A stretch of DNA of 64,000 nucleotides from assembly GCF_009914755.1 (NCBI RefSeq), contig NC_060925.1. The stretch is one strand, 5' to 3'. How positions within the stretch are numbered: position 1 is the stretch's first letter; each line of letters starts with the position of its first letter. Under the pieces are notes generated by a model that worked only from the letters and a program-made list of their open reading frames with translations, did no database searches and was not told the DNA's origin. This document shows positions 24,171-36,094 of the stretch, one piece after another. Origin of the DNA: the human T2T-CHM13v2.0 reference genome, Homo sapiens. A program made the translations under genes and the position numbers.

Positions 24171-26434
24171 CTACTCCCCACTTTTTAAGCAGGATCTCCC
24201 AGGACTGTTGAAAAGGAATCTGCTATTGTCTCCAGCACCAGGACCAGAACCATCCTACCTCTTAGGCAACCCACGTTCTTATAACCACTCCCACTTTTTG
24301 ATCTCAAGAAAAGATATTATTAGCTCAACCTCTGATCAGGTAAGTAAGTGAGTCTGTAGAGTTCTCCTGGGGAATTTGCATGAAAAGAAGTAACATGCCG
24401 AAGAAGTGACCCTCTAATACTAGAATTTCAGACGTCATAGAGCTACACGGTGAAGCTCTTTTCTAAAGTTGAACAGACACATTTCCCTTCCCCAGGTACT
24501 GCCTGAATTGCTAAGCAAGGAAAACATACACAAATAAAGTGTCATGTCCTGACATTTGATAATTTAAATTGAGCGTCAAAGAGCATCTGCTTAATTACAC
24601 ATGGAGCTAAGTGTGAACACTAAGAGGGAGGCTCCAGGGGAGACAGAGACCCTCGTTCAAGAGCTCTAACAGTCATGCAGCCCAGGGTGTGCAGACAGTG
24701 AGATTTGTCTTCTGAGGTTAAATTAAAGCCCACGTTTCATTTTTGACGCAACCTAATTCTTCTCGTTTTCTCCATCTACCTCCAGAAGCTGGGGCCTTAA
24801 GTGGAAAAGATGCATTGAATAGCAAATGCAATTCAACAAATATTATGACATGCTGTTCACCACGAGCCCTAAATATTTAACTGTTCGACTTTATGGGCTT
24901 TTCATTTTGTTTTATTTTCTTTTTTGCCGGATGTGATGAATTTAGCACTAACAGGCCCCGTGTCAAGGAACTGCCAGTGTCCTAGTTTGCAAAATGAACA
25001 AAGTGAATTTCGTTCAGGTGTTTGTGACCTCCGTTCATTCAGGCCACACTCCATGTCGCCTTATCTTGGCTCTGCCCAGCTGGCTTTCTAGAAAAAAATA
25101 TAAAAGTAAGATAGAGGGAAAAAAGAGGGAAAAGGGAGGCAAGAACGAAGAGGGTCAAAAAGCCTCTGTCGGCCAATTCATTTCTGTTTAATCCATCTCC
25201 GCGCTGCAGAAAGCTCCTTTGTGGTGGAGGAGACCAAAGGTCGGTAATAGATTTCAACAGGTTCCGAGAGGCTGTTGACTGCTTGGAGCTGAGTGGGAAA
25301 GTGTGAGGCTCCCCGAGAGGCAGGGGGAGAGATAATTGGAGACCCGGAGCCCCGGCTTGCCCTGTGGTTCCTGATTTCACGGATTTAAGAAGAAAAAAAG
25401 ATTGTCTAGAATTCCGCCTCCGGAATTGTGTATGAGAGGGAAGGAGAGCAGAGGTGGGGGGTACCAGGCCTTGACTGGCCCTCCCTGGAGCTGCCGTCAC
25501 GTGACCACTTGTCCTGCTCAAAGAGAGTGGGCTGGGAGGGAGGTTAGGAAGCCTCTGAGCCAGGCCTGTTGGCTGTGAACTGCCTCTGGAGAGCTGGGAA
25601 GGCCCTTGGGTCATCTCTGAGGCTCCTTTGAGGTAGCCACTAACTTGGAAATGGGGTGAGGAAGGGAAGAGGTGAGTGGAGGCAGGGACTGGAGAGGTAG
25701 ACACTGAATTAAATTTACCAGCTCTATTCTGCAAAATCTCTCTGAGTGTGCGAGGTAGCTGTAGCAAGAAAAGGAACTCCTATAGCTGTGCTTTAGCCCA
25801 CAGCTACCTCCACCCCAGATTTCCAGGCCTGAGGATGCCATATTACCACTTTCACCTTTCATCGTGGCTGCCCAGGTGAACAAAGGATGGTGTGACCTGG
25901 TATACCAGATTGTCTGAATCAAAGTGGCAATGGCAAGTGTTTGGGGTGGGGGTGGAAATTATGATGTCCTTAGCTTTGGAGTTATTCCCTGCCATGCAAA
26001 ACCACTGTCTGACAACGCAGTGTTTAGAACAGCATTCTGCTTGCATGCATGTAGGTTCAGCTTAATGGTATGTCATTCCAACAGTAGGCTGAGCCAGGCC
26101 TGGCAATAAAGGGCCAAATGGCCACACCTTGCCTTGCAACCCTCCCTGGTTTCCCACAATCCAAGAATCCAGCCTAGACTTCAGCGTGGCAAAAGAAAAA
26201 AAAATCCCCCCAAACTTCTTCAGCCTCATTCTTTTGTATTCTCTGCTTTGGTCATATTAGGCCCCTCTTTGTCCCCAATTATGCAGTAGGAAAATGCTCA
26301 GATGGAGGTAAGATCAGGATGTTCTCAAGGAAGGAGAACTAGGGGCATCTTAGTCAGCCTTGGGGTACAGGTGTCAAGGAACATGTCCTGGAGGAGATAG
26401 CACCTGTGCTGAACCCTAAAGAATGGGTAATATA

Positions 26435-26680
26435 CATAATGAGAATGACTCATGTTTATTGAACATTTATTATGTTACTTGAATCCCTTGACCTTGTGGA
26501 ATCATAAAATCTTTCCTATGGGATAGGTACAGTTATTCTTAGTTTCGATTTACAGATGAGGAAACTGAGTCATAGAGGGGTGAAGAAACCTGCCCAAGGT
26601 CACCTAGCTTGTAAGGGATGAAGCTGGGCTTCAGAGTCAGGCATTACAACATCCAAGACCACACTCTAACCACTCTGCTA
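26435..26680 (-). mobile_element. MIR carrying an internal deletion/insertion
   Basis: TTTACAGATGAGGAAACTGAG...TGCCCAAGGTCAC...CTCTAACCACT. Confidence 0.85.
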
Positions 26681-26949
26681 AACCCCATTCAGCTTTGAGC
26701 CTTTGAAGATGGAGACTGTATCTCCATCTTCGAAGGTGCTCATTGTGAGCACCAGGAGTATAGGAGTGAATCTATACTCCAGCAGAGAGGCATCTGTGAA
26801 CATTGTAGAATAAATGGGTGAAGGTACTGATGGATGCATGAATAAATTTAGATATATTTTAGATATATTTTCAACCCCAATAGATCCTGGGGTTAACAAG
26901 CACATAAGATTATAGTACATTGGTAAAAATCAAATGTGCTATTTATCCC

Positions 26950-27155
26950 AGAACAGTAATTCCCAAACCACATTCCATAGGACATGAATTTCTGGAAATC
27001 TCAGGCACAAAGGGTGTCCATCATCATGTGGGTTTGAGAAACCCTGGGTTAAACAAAACTAAATAGCTTTCTTTATTTCAGGGATTTTCTAGTTTTTTTC
27101 CTCAGTGAATATCTCCTGGGGCCAAAGACCCAGCAAATAAAGTCTGGGAAGCACC
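26950..27155 (+). mobile_element. MER103C-like fragment
   Basis: GTTTGAGAAACCCTGGGTTAAACAAAACTAAATAGCTTTCTTTATTTCAGG. Confidence 0.5.
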
Positions 27156-27191
27156 ATATTCGAGTCCCTGCCTTTGGAATTTCAGGGATGG

Positions 27192-27710
27192 TGTATTAGC
27201 TATTTATTGTTGTGTAACAAATTGTTCCAAAACTTGGTGACCTAAAACAACAATAAACATTATCTCACAAAGTTTCTTTATACAATTAGAAATTCAGAAG
27301 CAACTTCGTTGGATGGTTCTGGCTTAAGGTCTTGCAGGAGCTGCAGTCAAGATGTCAGCCTAGGCTGCAGGCTTTTGAAAGCTTGGCTGGAGCTGGAGCA
27401 ACCACTTCCAGGATGGCTAACTCATGTGGCTGGCACAGTGGCGCTCGCTGCTGGCAGGAGGCCTCCATTCCTGACAGTCCATAGAGTTGTTTAAGTGTCT
27501 TCATGACATGCTTCCCAAGAATGAGTGATCTAGGAGAGCAAGGTGGAGGTGGCAATGTCTTTTATGACCTGGCATTAGGCGTCACAGCCTGTCAGTCCCA
27601 TTATATTTTATTGGTCACACAGGATGACCCTAATACAATGTGGAAGAGGAATTATAAGGACACGAATACCAGGGGGAAGGATCAATGTGGGCCTTCTTGG
27701 AGGCTGGCTT
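27192..27710 (-). mobile_element. MLT1F/G-like MaLR solo LTR
   Basis: TGTATTAGCTATTTATTG.TGTGTAACAAATT...AAAACAACAATAAACATT...GCAGTCAAGATGTCAGC...CTTGGAGGCTGGCT. Confidence 0.85.
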
Positions 27711-27899
27711 TTGAGATTGGCCTTCTGGTTTCAGCTTCTGGAACTTGGTGATAGGTGTGTGCACCCTCTTCAGACCTGCAGGTGCACACAAACTTCATGT
27801 TGAATGACCTCAGCCACCATATTTCCCCAGTGGTGATTTGGTCTTTATACTCTGTTCTCATCAGCTGCCTCTCTTGACCTCTTCAATCCCTTGACCTTG

Positions 27900-28040
27900 T
27901 GGAATCATAAATCCTAAGTGTCAGAGCTGGAAACCACCCAGCCCAAACTCTAATTTTATAGATGAGAAAATGGAGGCCAATACAGGCAAAGGAATTGTCC
28001 AGCATCACCATGCCTTAGTTCTTGTGCTCTGGTCCATCAC
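27900..28040 (-). mobile_element. MIR3/MIRb-like fragment
   Basis: GAATCATA...TGTCAGAGCTGGAA...ATTTTATAGATGAGAAAATGGAGGCC. Confidence 0.65.
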
Positions 28041-28799
28041 ACATGCCTGATGAGACATGAATGTAAGTCTACTAGCCTGAAATTCCACATGGGGCATTAT
28101 ATCCCTACCCAAAGCCTTGAACTGTCCACAGGCCTGACCACAATGGGCCAAGGTAGGTGGACACCAGGCCAGGGATGGTGTGAGTGGTGCCTTTGGAGTG
28201 GGGTATGGGGGAAATATTATGGAATGGGCTCCTTATAGCCCCATTTGGAATAGTACCATTTCCCTGAGTGACTTTGTCACCACTATCCAAGGGAACAATA
28301 GGAACGAGGAGTTGTCTCCCTCAAAACCTGTATCTTGAGAGCTACCCTTATCTGCCAGCATGAGCTCAGCCAACGAAACAGGCAGTGGAACTAGCTACGC
28401 TTTTAGGTAGGAAAGCTGAGTGTATGCTCCTGAGATACCTGCTGACCCTATATCTCTGGCATAGCTTGGAGGTGCACAGCATAGTCTCAGGGACCATGTT
28501 CTTCTAGGTGCGGGGCCTGCCTTTCTGGTCACCATTGCAGCAGCTGATGGAGTCAAGCTCAGCAGAGTCTCCCCTTCACTCAGTCGGTTGGAACTAGAAA
28601 GTATTTATCACAAGTCTTCATACCAGCAAGTTCTTTCTCTGTAAAGTAAATTTGTCAAACTACTATGGGAGACCTGAGATGACTCTTAATAAAAGCAGGA
28701 TAAACAGGGAAATTCAATAAGGAACATGACTGAATAGAAGTAGAAACATCTGCCTGCCCTTCCTACTGACATCAGCTCCCTCTCGGCCCAGCCTCCCCT

Positions 28800-29105
28800 G
28801 GAGAGAGGCACAAATGGGTCCTCATCACTCCAGGTCTCAGCCTAAACCCTGCCTCCTCAAAGAGCCTTCTCTGATCACTTTTTCTGAGGTTTCATCACTC
28901 TGTTATTTATTCTTCATTGTGAATCCTGTTTGTTTCCCTCCTCATCCTTAACACATTTTGTAATTATACATGTATTTATTTACTTGTTTGTTGTCTATAT
29001 CCCCTAAAAGACTGCAAGTTTCATGAGGATATGGACAATGACTGTTTTATTTCCCCAGTCTGTATTGAGCGCCCAGCACAATGCTGGCATTCAATAAATG
29101 ATTGT
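28800..29105 (+). mobile_element. L2 3' end
   Basis: CCTCCTCAAAGAGCCTTCTCTGATCA...AGACTGCAAGTTTCATGAGG...CAGCACAATGCTGGCATTCAATAAATG. Confidence 0.75.
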
Positions 29106-31859
29106 TCTCGCCTCAGTAGAAGAGTGTTTTTCTTTGCCATATGCCTGAGAGTGGAGACATCTGGAGGAGAGTCCATCTTCCTAATTTGGCATCAGGACTA
29201 GATGAGAGCTTCTCCAACCCACTCCCACAGAGCGGCGTGTGCAGCCCCTTCTGTCTGGGTCTCAATGCTGTGTCTCTGGCATCTGGCGAGGAGTTCTGTC
29301 TGCTCCCCAGCTGCCTGGTTGGGGCTGACTTTGTGACCCCTCTCTTGTCAGCCTCTGTTTCTCCAGAGGAAATTGTCCATCACATTTTTCTCCTTGCTGA
29401 TCCTGGCTGGATCTTCCAGAGGACCCAGCTCTGCATCAACTCTTTAGCCAAGCCATTCCGTCCTCCTCATCCTGTCCTGCCCCCTATCTGACCTGAAGCT
29501 CACTGTGACGGCCTGGATTCATTACCCTCTCCCCTTCCTGGATAAACTTGTTCTATTGTTGTGGCTTCCTTGAGGGGCAACATCCCACAGATCTGCTGGC
29601 CTCTCCGCTTGTTTCTCCTTCCTTCTCTAGGGCAAGGCTGTGAATTCCGATGTTGACAATTTCCTGCTGATTGACCGTAACTCCAATTTGACTGATCTTA
29701 GTCATCATATGACTTCATTCGATGCTTGTTTTAATTCTTATCATGCTGTAGAGCTTCCAGGTGTAGAAAGCTGGCCCTTGGTTTTGGTTAGTGCCCAATC
29801 GTAGAAACCTGGTGAATGCCACTCCCAAGCATGCGACAGCCACAGTCCACTCTGGCCCCGTGGGACTTGGATGTGCCACAGTCCCCTCTTGTACCAGAGT
29901 AGGAGGTGTAGGAAACACCAAGCACTTCCAAGGTCATCCTTCGTTTCTTTGTTCATTGCTACCAGGGACACTGGAAGTTCTGCATCCTTCCCCTTCCGGG
30001 TTCAGAAGTGAAAGACCACAGAGGCAACACTCCCAGGGCCTTCCATTTCCAATGAAGCGTCCGCAGCCAAGATGACCACTTTTACAGCCAGTGGCACATC
30101 TTCTATTAAGAAGCTTCTTGGCTAAAATAAGATTGCTATTATTTTCCAAACTGCCACTTGGAATCTGTCCACTCTACCTCCTAAATTAACTTGATTTTCT
30201 TCTTCTTTCATTCTCTACATTTTTGAAGAGGATAGAGAGGCAGTTACACCTGGTTGCTGTCACAAGTGTATCTACAGTCAGTTCACCCCTGGAAACACCC
30301 TGAGGCTAGGTACTGCGTCTATTTGCTTGCTGTAGTATCTCCAGCCCAGGGCCTGGCACATAAATCTATTTCAAATGCACGTACTGGAATAATGGAGGGA
30401 GGAAGAGGTCATGGAGAACCCCAAATCACTGCTAACGCTAATAACCAAAACATGCCGAATAACAGATTTAATGTGAACTGATTCTGTTACAATTGCCCAA
30501 TATGTAGAACCACGTTTACCATTCATTCTGCAGTCTGTTACATTGTCTGTTTCTATCTGAGCTATCTTTTTTTTGTGAATAGAGAACAAAGCCTACACTA
30601 AAGCGGCTTGTCACTGAGCAAGCTGAACTCTCTGCTTTCTAAACAGTCTGGCAGGCTACACGGGCCAGGTGACTACGCCCAGCAGCTTCAGAGCATTGAT
30701 TCTGTGCCCCCCACCCCTGCCATTCCCCACCTCTCTGCCAAGTGACTTCACTTTGCTCAAGGTGTCAAACCTCAGTTCACACGCATTACAGCAAAGTCAC
30801 TCGTGAAGGTGTTTTCATCAAGGTGCTCACCACTCCATGTGCTGCCTGAACCGACTGCTGATGGGGAGGGATGTTTTTATGCAGCCAGAGACATGAAGTA
30901 AACCTAATGGTAACTATGTAGTTTCAAACAGTTGGCATCTTTTTAAATAAAGATGTTATCTCTGATTGGTAATCAATTTGATTTCCCCCTCCACCATCAC
31001 ATCTGCTTTTCCTATTATTTTCCTTAGAATTATTTGTTTTCCTGTGGTTTACCTGCCAGCCTGTTAATCCACTCACCGACAACTGAGTGACTAGGTCATA
31101 ATCAAAGGTACACTATCTCTAGTTGCTTTGGTTGGCTTGAGGCAGCGGAAGACATTCATGTGTCTTACACACTTTTTTCCAACATTACTTCCAAGTTCAA
31201 GGACAGCAGCAAGGTATGTCAGAAGGCACACAAGGCTGAAAGTCAGATGCTGCTGTGTGACGGAGGTCATGTCCCTTCTCTATTTCTTCAGCTGGGTAGA
31301 CCAGGTAAGTCCTGGGTGTGTGGCAGGAACCTCACTGCCCTCTCTTCGACCTTCTGCTTTTCCCCAGAGGAAGGAGAACTTCCACTTGAGCATCTCGCCC
31401 CCCACCACCTCATCTTTATGCCCCACTGTGGGATAAGGAATTGTGAATTTGCATGGTCAGAGACCACTGGACCACACTTACAGTGGGCAGGGATACTGTG
31501 TCTTAGAGACCAGGGCCTGAGCAGTAAGGTCACAAGGGGCTGCCCTCTACTCTCTCTTCCAATGTCTCTTCTGTCTGAGGGTGAGTGAGTAGGTGGGACA
31601 AGTCTTCCCTGAGGTCCTGGTAGCATTGGATGGCACAGGGTGGTAAGGACACAAGGCTCTTCCACTCTGGATTTTCTGGGTGAGAGTCTGTATCCAGTCT
31701 GTACAGCTGACCCGATCTCCTGGGCCTCCCTCCCTCTGGCTGGCATGCAGCCCAGACAGATGCCCAGACCTTTCTGCCTGCCTACTCTCCTGTGTGCAGA
31801 CTCCCATGACATTGCTCTCTCTTCCTGGTCACCAAGCACTTTTCTGAATCTCATCTTCC

Positions 31860-32220
31860 TTATGCTAAACCCGCAGTTCCTTCTGCCCTAGTCATGGTGA
31901 TCTTGTTTCATTTCCTTAAACAAAGAACTCTTCACCAGCTCAGGGGTCCACAAGGCTGTCCCCTCTGGTGGGATGCTGTCTCATCCACTCTTCTCAGCCA
32001 ACTCTTATCTCTCAGGTCTCAACTCAAATGTCACATCTTCAGATAAGCCTTTCCCGACCTCCCAGTCCTCAGTATTTTCCTTCATGACTCTTATTACAAA
32101 TAGTAATTAGATGTGAAAACTGCAAAGCAGAGAGATCTCTCCCAGTGCCACGTTGCTGGGGCCTCGCTTATCCCTGTACTAAGGTGCACACACCTGCCAG
32201 ACACAATGGAAACACATTTA
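31860..32220 (+). mobile_element. L2 fragment
   Basis: TCAGGTCTCAACTCAAATGTCACATCTTCAGATAAGCCTTTCCCGACC. Confidence 0.6.
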
Positions 32221-32599
32221 ATGTGGGAAGATGGAGCAGGGGAGTTCAGCATACATCACCCAGCAAGATCATGCTAAATATCTCTTTGACATCTCTTTCC
32301 CCAAAGTTCCAATCCCAAGGCAACTGCCAGTTCTCTTCTCTTCTCTTTCATCTCTTTAGCCTCCCTCCTGGCTCCCCTCTCTGGCACCTATGTCTACTTT
32401 TCTTCTCCATATCTGGCACCTTTCCTTCCAGGCCTTGATTTCCACTTCCCTGTTGTATTTGGAGTAATTTAGCTCTTTCTTAGTTCTTCCAATCCCTTCC
32501 TCCCCATTGCCCACCAGCCAATCAAAGGATGTAAAAGGAGTAGGAGAGTAGTTAATAACTCTATTCTGTTACATGCACTTAGGTATACTTGTTCAGCAA

Positions 32600-32735
32600 C
32601 TGTTGCCCCTACCATTTGTAAGTTTCATGACACTCACATGACCTCATGAATGTTTTATTCACCACTGTACACCCAGCACCCAGCACGGTGCCTGACACAT
32701 AGTAGGGGTTCAATAAATATTGGCGGAATAAATGC
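32600..32735 (+). mobile_element. L2 3' end
   Basis: TTCACCACTGTACACCCAGCACCCAGCACGGTGCCTGACACATAGTAGGGGTTCAATAAATATT. Confidence 0.8.
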
Positions 32736-33064
32736 ATATCATGGTTCTCTAAGGCAACTCATTTTTTAATTTCAATTTAAACATCTGGGTCCCTGGATAT
32801 GCAATCCTGGGTACCCATATACCCAGGTAGAAGGTCACCATAGACTGTGAACACATTGCCTGACCTTCTTAATATCCAAATACATGCATTAGCATCCAGA
32901 ATTCTCCACCACATTTGGATTACCATTGTCCTATTCAGGCCGGGAGTCCTCTGAATCTGGGATAACTGGGGTCCTATGACCGCTCTGTATCTGGGGAAAG
33001 CAGCCTTCCCTTCTCCTCCCCTCCCCCATCTCTTCTCCCCACCCTGCCCCCGCACCCAGCAAAG

Positions 33065-33370
33065 ATGAGAATGACTGACACAAGCATTAGAGATATGGAA
33101 ACTTCCCTCCTGAATGATCTCACTAATGGTAAATTGATGGGATTGAATACATTCAAGTCGGAAATGATCCAAATATATGCTAATGAAGCTGAATATGCAT
33201 TATTTAGACTAAAACAAACTAACTGCGAGTCAGGAAATAAAGTAGGTGAATTATTAGTTTGGCAACTCAAAGAATCGGAAAACTCAAGCACCATTCCAGA
33301 GACAGGCAGAGGCAGGCAGGAAAATGTGGTTAATGGATTCTAAACCAATTAATCGCAAATTGATGGTGCG
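33065..33370 (+). mobile_element. Putative ancient L1-clade LINE ORF2 remnant (endonuclease-RT linker, non-mammalian type)
   Basis: Open frame encoding ...KSEMIQIYANEAEYALFRLKQTNCESGNKVGELLVWQLKESENSSTIP, then after a frame change MWLMDSKPIN. This resembles the recalled fish/amphibian L1 pattern KAExALxxLKQxYYExGxKAGKLLAxQLK...I...TDPKEIN. Confidence 0.6.
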
Positions 33371-33994
33371 CTTGAAGACTTGCCGCCCCGACTCCCTCAG
33401 ATTGCTTTCTGAAATTTTGAAAAGAAGATGCTGTTGCCATGCACTTTTCTTGTCTTCCCTTCTTAAACATGCTGTCCTAGATACTCAAGTCTCAGGGAAA
33501 ACAGAAAACTACAAACAAATCCCAGAAACAGGGAATGGGGCTATTTTGGCCACAGGGGGAGATAAATAACGCAAAGAGGAACTTCCCACCCCTTCTTTGT
33601 CAAAGAGCATCATCCTCAGACTGAAGAGTAAAGTGAGCCTTGATGGGAGGAAACTGAAGCCTGAGATGGGTGAAGAAAATACAAAAATATGCTTTGCTGG
33701 TCCAAGCTAGAATCATCCCCCCATCCCGGAGGAATCCCAACCCAGGGCAAATCAGGGGATGGCAAGGGGGCTCACTAATGGGTTTCATGAGGTGGAAGAG
33801 TCACTAGGAAGAGATGGAAAACAAGATGGCACGGTTTTCCAAAGATGGAGTCTAGAAATCCCAAAGCATTTGATGATAACCAAAGAAAATTCTCAGGTTC
33901 AATTCTTGAAAGGTTATAGTTTGCAAGATCTTAGGAAAGCAGGGAGTGATGAGTTAGAGCCAGTATGAGTTTGCCAGAAGCCAGATATTTGCTG

Positions 33995-34275
33995 AAAGGG
34001 CACCTCGGCTGATGAATGCTTTCCTGATCTTGCTACATAAAATAGCACTGTCTGTCCTGCCCCTAACCCACCCCATTCCCATTCTCCAGCTTTATTTACT
34101 CCCCGGCTTTATTAAAGCAGTTAACACCATCCAGCACTCACACACGTACTTGTTTATTTTCTTCTCCTCCCACGGGGATGTAAGCTTCATGAGGTCAGGG
34201 ACTTTGTCTATTCCATCCTCTGCCAAGTGAGTCTGGCATGCTAGGGGCTGTTAAGTGAATGTGCGAACAAATGGA
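33995..34275 (+). mobile_element. L2 3' end
   Basis: GATGTAAGCTTCATGAGGTCAGGGACTTTGTCT...TCTGGCATGCTAGG. Confidence 0.7.
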
Positions 34276-35449
34276 ATGTCAGACTTTAACCTCATTTTTT
34301 TTTTTCTGATGGAACATTGGGATGAGAAGGTGAGGTAAATTCAGTAGATCTGGGATTTTATAAGAGAATTTAACTATCTCATGATGTTATTGTAGAAAAG
34401 ATGAAGAATTGGGAGCTGGAAACAACAACAGGTGCGGGGGGTAGGATCCCCGCCACCCACAGAGTGAATGATCACAGCCGGGTGGTCAATGGACACGCAG
34501 TGGAGGATATCGGGCTGTCCTCTCCACCAGTTTTCATGTTGGCTTAGCTGAAGATTCAGAAGACAGGGCCCTTCAAATTGTAGTGTGTGACACAGCCAGA
34601 AGGATGGCACTGTGGAGCAGGATGGAAGACCCTCAGCGAGCAGGAACAATGGGCTAACTCTGAAAAGATGAGCTGTCCCTGGAGTAAACTGAAGTCCTAT
34701 CCTTGGAGCACAGAGTGGGATGGGGAGACACAGCATGGTGCCACGCCCTCGAGTGAACAACAAGCCCGGTGTGAATCAGCTTCCTAGATGGCTAAGGACA
34801 GCCACCACGTTCATGGAAGTGGGAAAGTTGAGAAGGGAGAAGGCAATCTCTTGTTGTACTCTGCATGCAAGGATGGAACTGGACTCAGTTCTGCGGTCTA
34901 AAATTTGATGATGGAAGCTATAATCAGCCTGTGAGCTATTTCTCATTACAGGATGACTATCTAAGACATCACAGATTTTCAGCCTGAGTTTATTGTGATT
35001 CAGTGAAACAGAAATTTCGGTGGAGAGAAACAACCCCAGAGATAAAGTCCCGTGCCTCACATGCCTAAATGATTACGGGCAGGGAGCAGCGGTGGAGCAG
35101 AGGTGACTAAGGTTTAGTTCCTGCCCTTGTGGAATTGACAATCTAGTTGAGGAAATAAGTAAGACTCAAAAGAAAAAAAAAGAAAATAAACGAACTCTTT
35201 GGAAACAGCCATTCCAATTGCGATTGCTTCAGGTTTATAATGAACAATCAAGTGTCCCATCAATTCGTAATAGTACAGGGACCACTACATCCGTGAATTA
35301 AGCCAGTTGGAGGAAACTACCCTTATGTAGTCAACCTGGAGGGCTCTCACATAACTAATGGCCAAACTGCATGGAGTGGTCTCTGCTGGACAGCTCAGCC
35401 TTCTGCTAACCTAATCTGCTAGTGTACATGCCAAGCCTTTATACATTTT

Positions 35450-35860
35450 TTTGGTTAATCAATAAGCATTCCCTTAAAGATATACTAGGTGTCCAGCCCT
35501 GTGTCCTGTGTTAGGAACAAACCCATGCATAAGACCTAGTCCATGCCCTTCAGGCACTCATGGACTGGTAAGAGAGAAAGACACATGCAATTTCAGTGCA
35601 ATCTGCACCTGCAGAAAAGGCAGCATGGAGATCAAGGGCAAGTGCTGAGGCTGAAGGGCAGGGGCAGGAAGTGGTGGATGGCCTCCCTAAAGTAGGAAAT
35701 GATGGCACCATACCCTGGGTCCACTGCAGGTGACTCCAACCCAGACCAGGCAGAGAGAGAGGATGGAGGAGGTAGGACCCGTTCCAGGTCAGGCAATGGA
35801 GGTACATTCCCATAAAAAGCATGAGGGTGCTTTCAGCAGAATCCAGCACCTCTGAAACCC
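35450..35860 (-). mobile_element. L2 fragment
   Basis: TACTAGGTGTCCAGCCCTGTG...ATAAGACCTAGTCCATGCCCTTCAGGCACTCA; TTCCAGGTCAGGCAA. Confidence 0.55.
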
Positions 35861-36094
35861 AAAGTTGAATGACCACATAGCAGGGGTTTGCAATGATTAA
35901 ACAGTAAAACCTTGACCTGCTACTGCCGGGGAGGGAACCAGTAGTGTCAGTCAGAAATGCCGTGATGTTGCATCTCTGTTGTTCATTGGAGAAATGTGTT
36001 TTCAGCCTGGACTGACTCTAAAAGATCTCCCTGCTGAAAGGCCAGGAGATGAAAAGCCCCCACTTATGTCAGTCACAACCCAGAGTGACTTTTC

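Noticed and set aside
25039-25767. 242-aa - strand ORF
   Set aside because: Non-ATG start, Ser/Pro/Leu-rich with no recognisable domain. Consistent with a chance open frame in GC-rich DNA.
32780-32990. Hairpin CCTGGGTA...TACCCAGG and possible hAT-Blackjack fragment
   Set aside because: The 8-bp stem is within chance expectation, and the similarity is too weak to assign a family.
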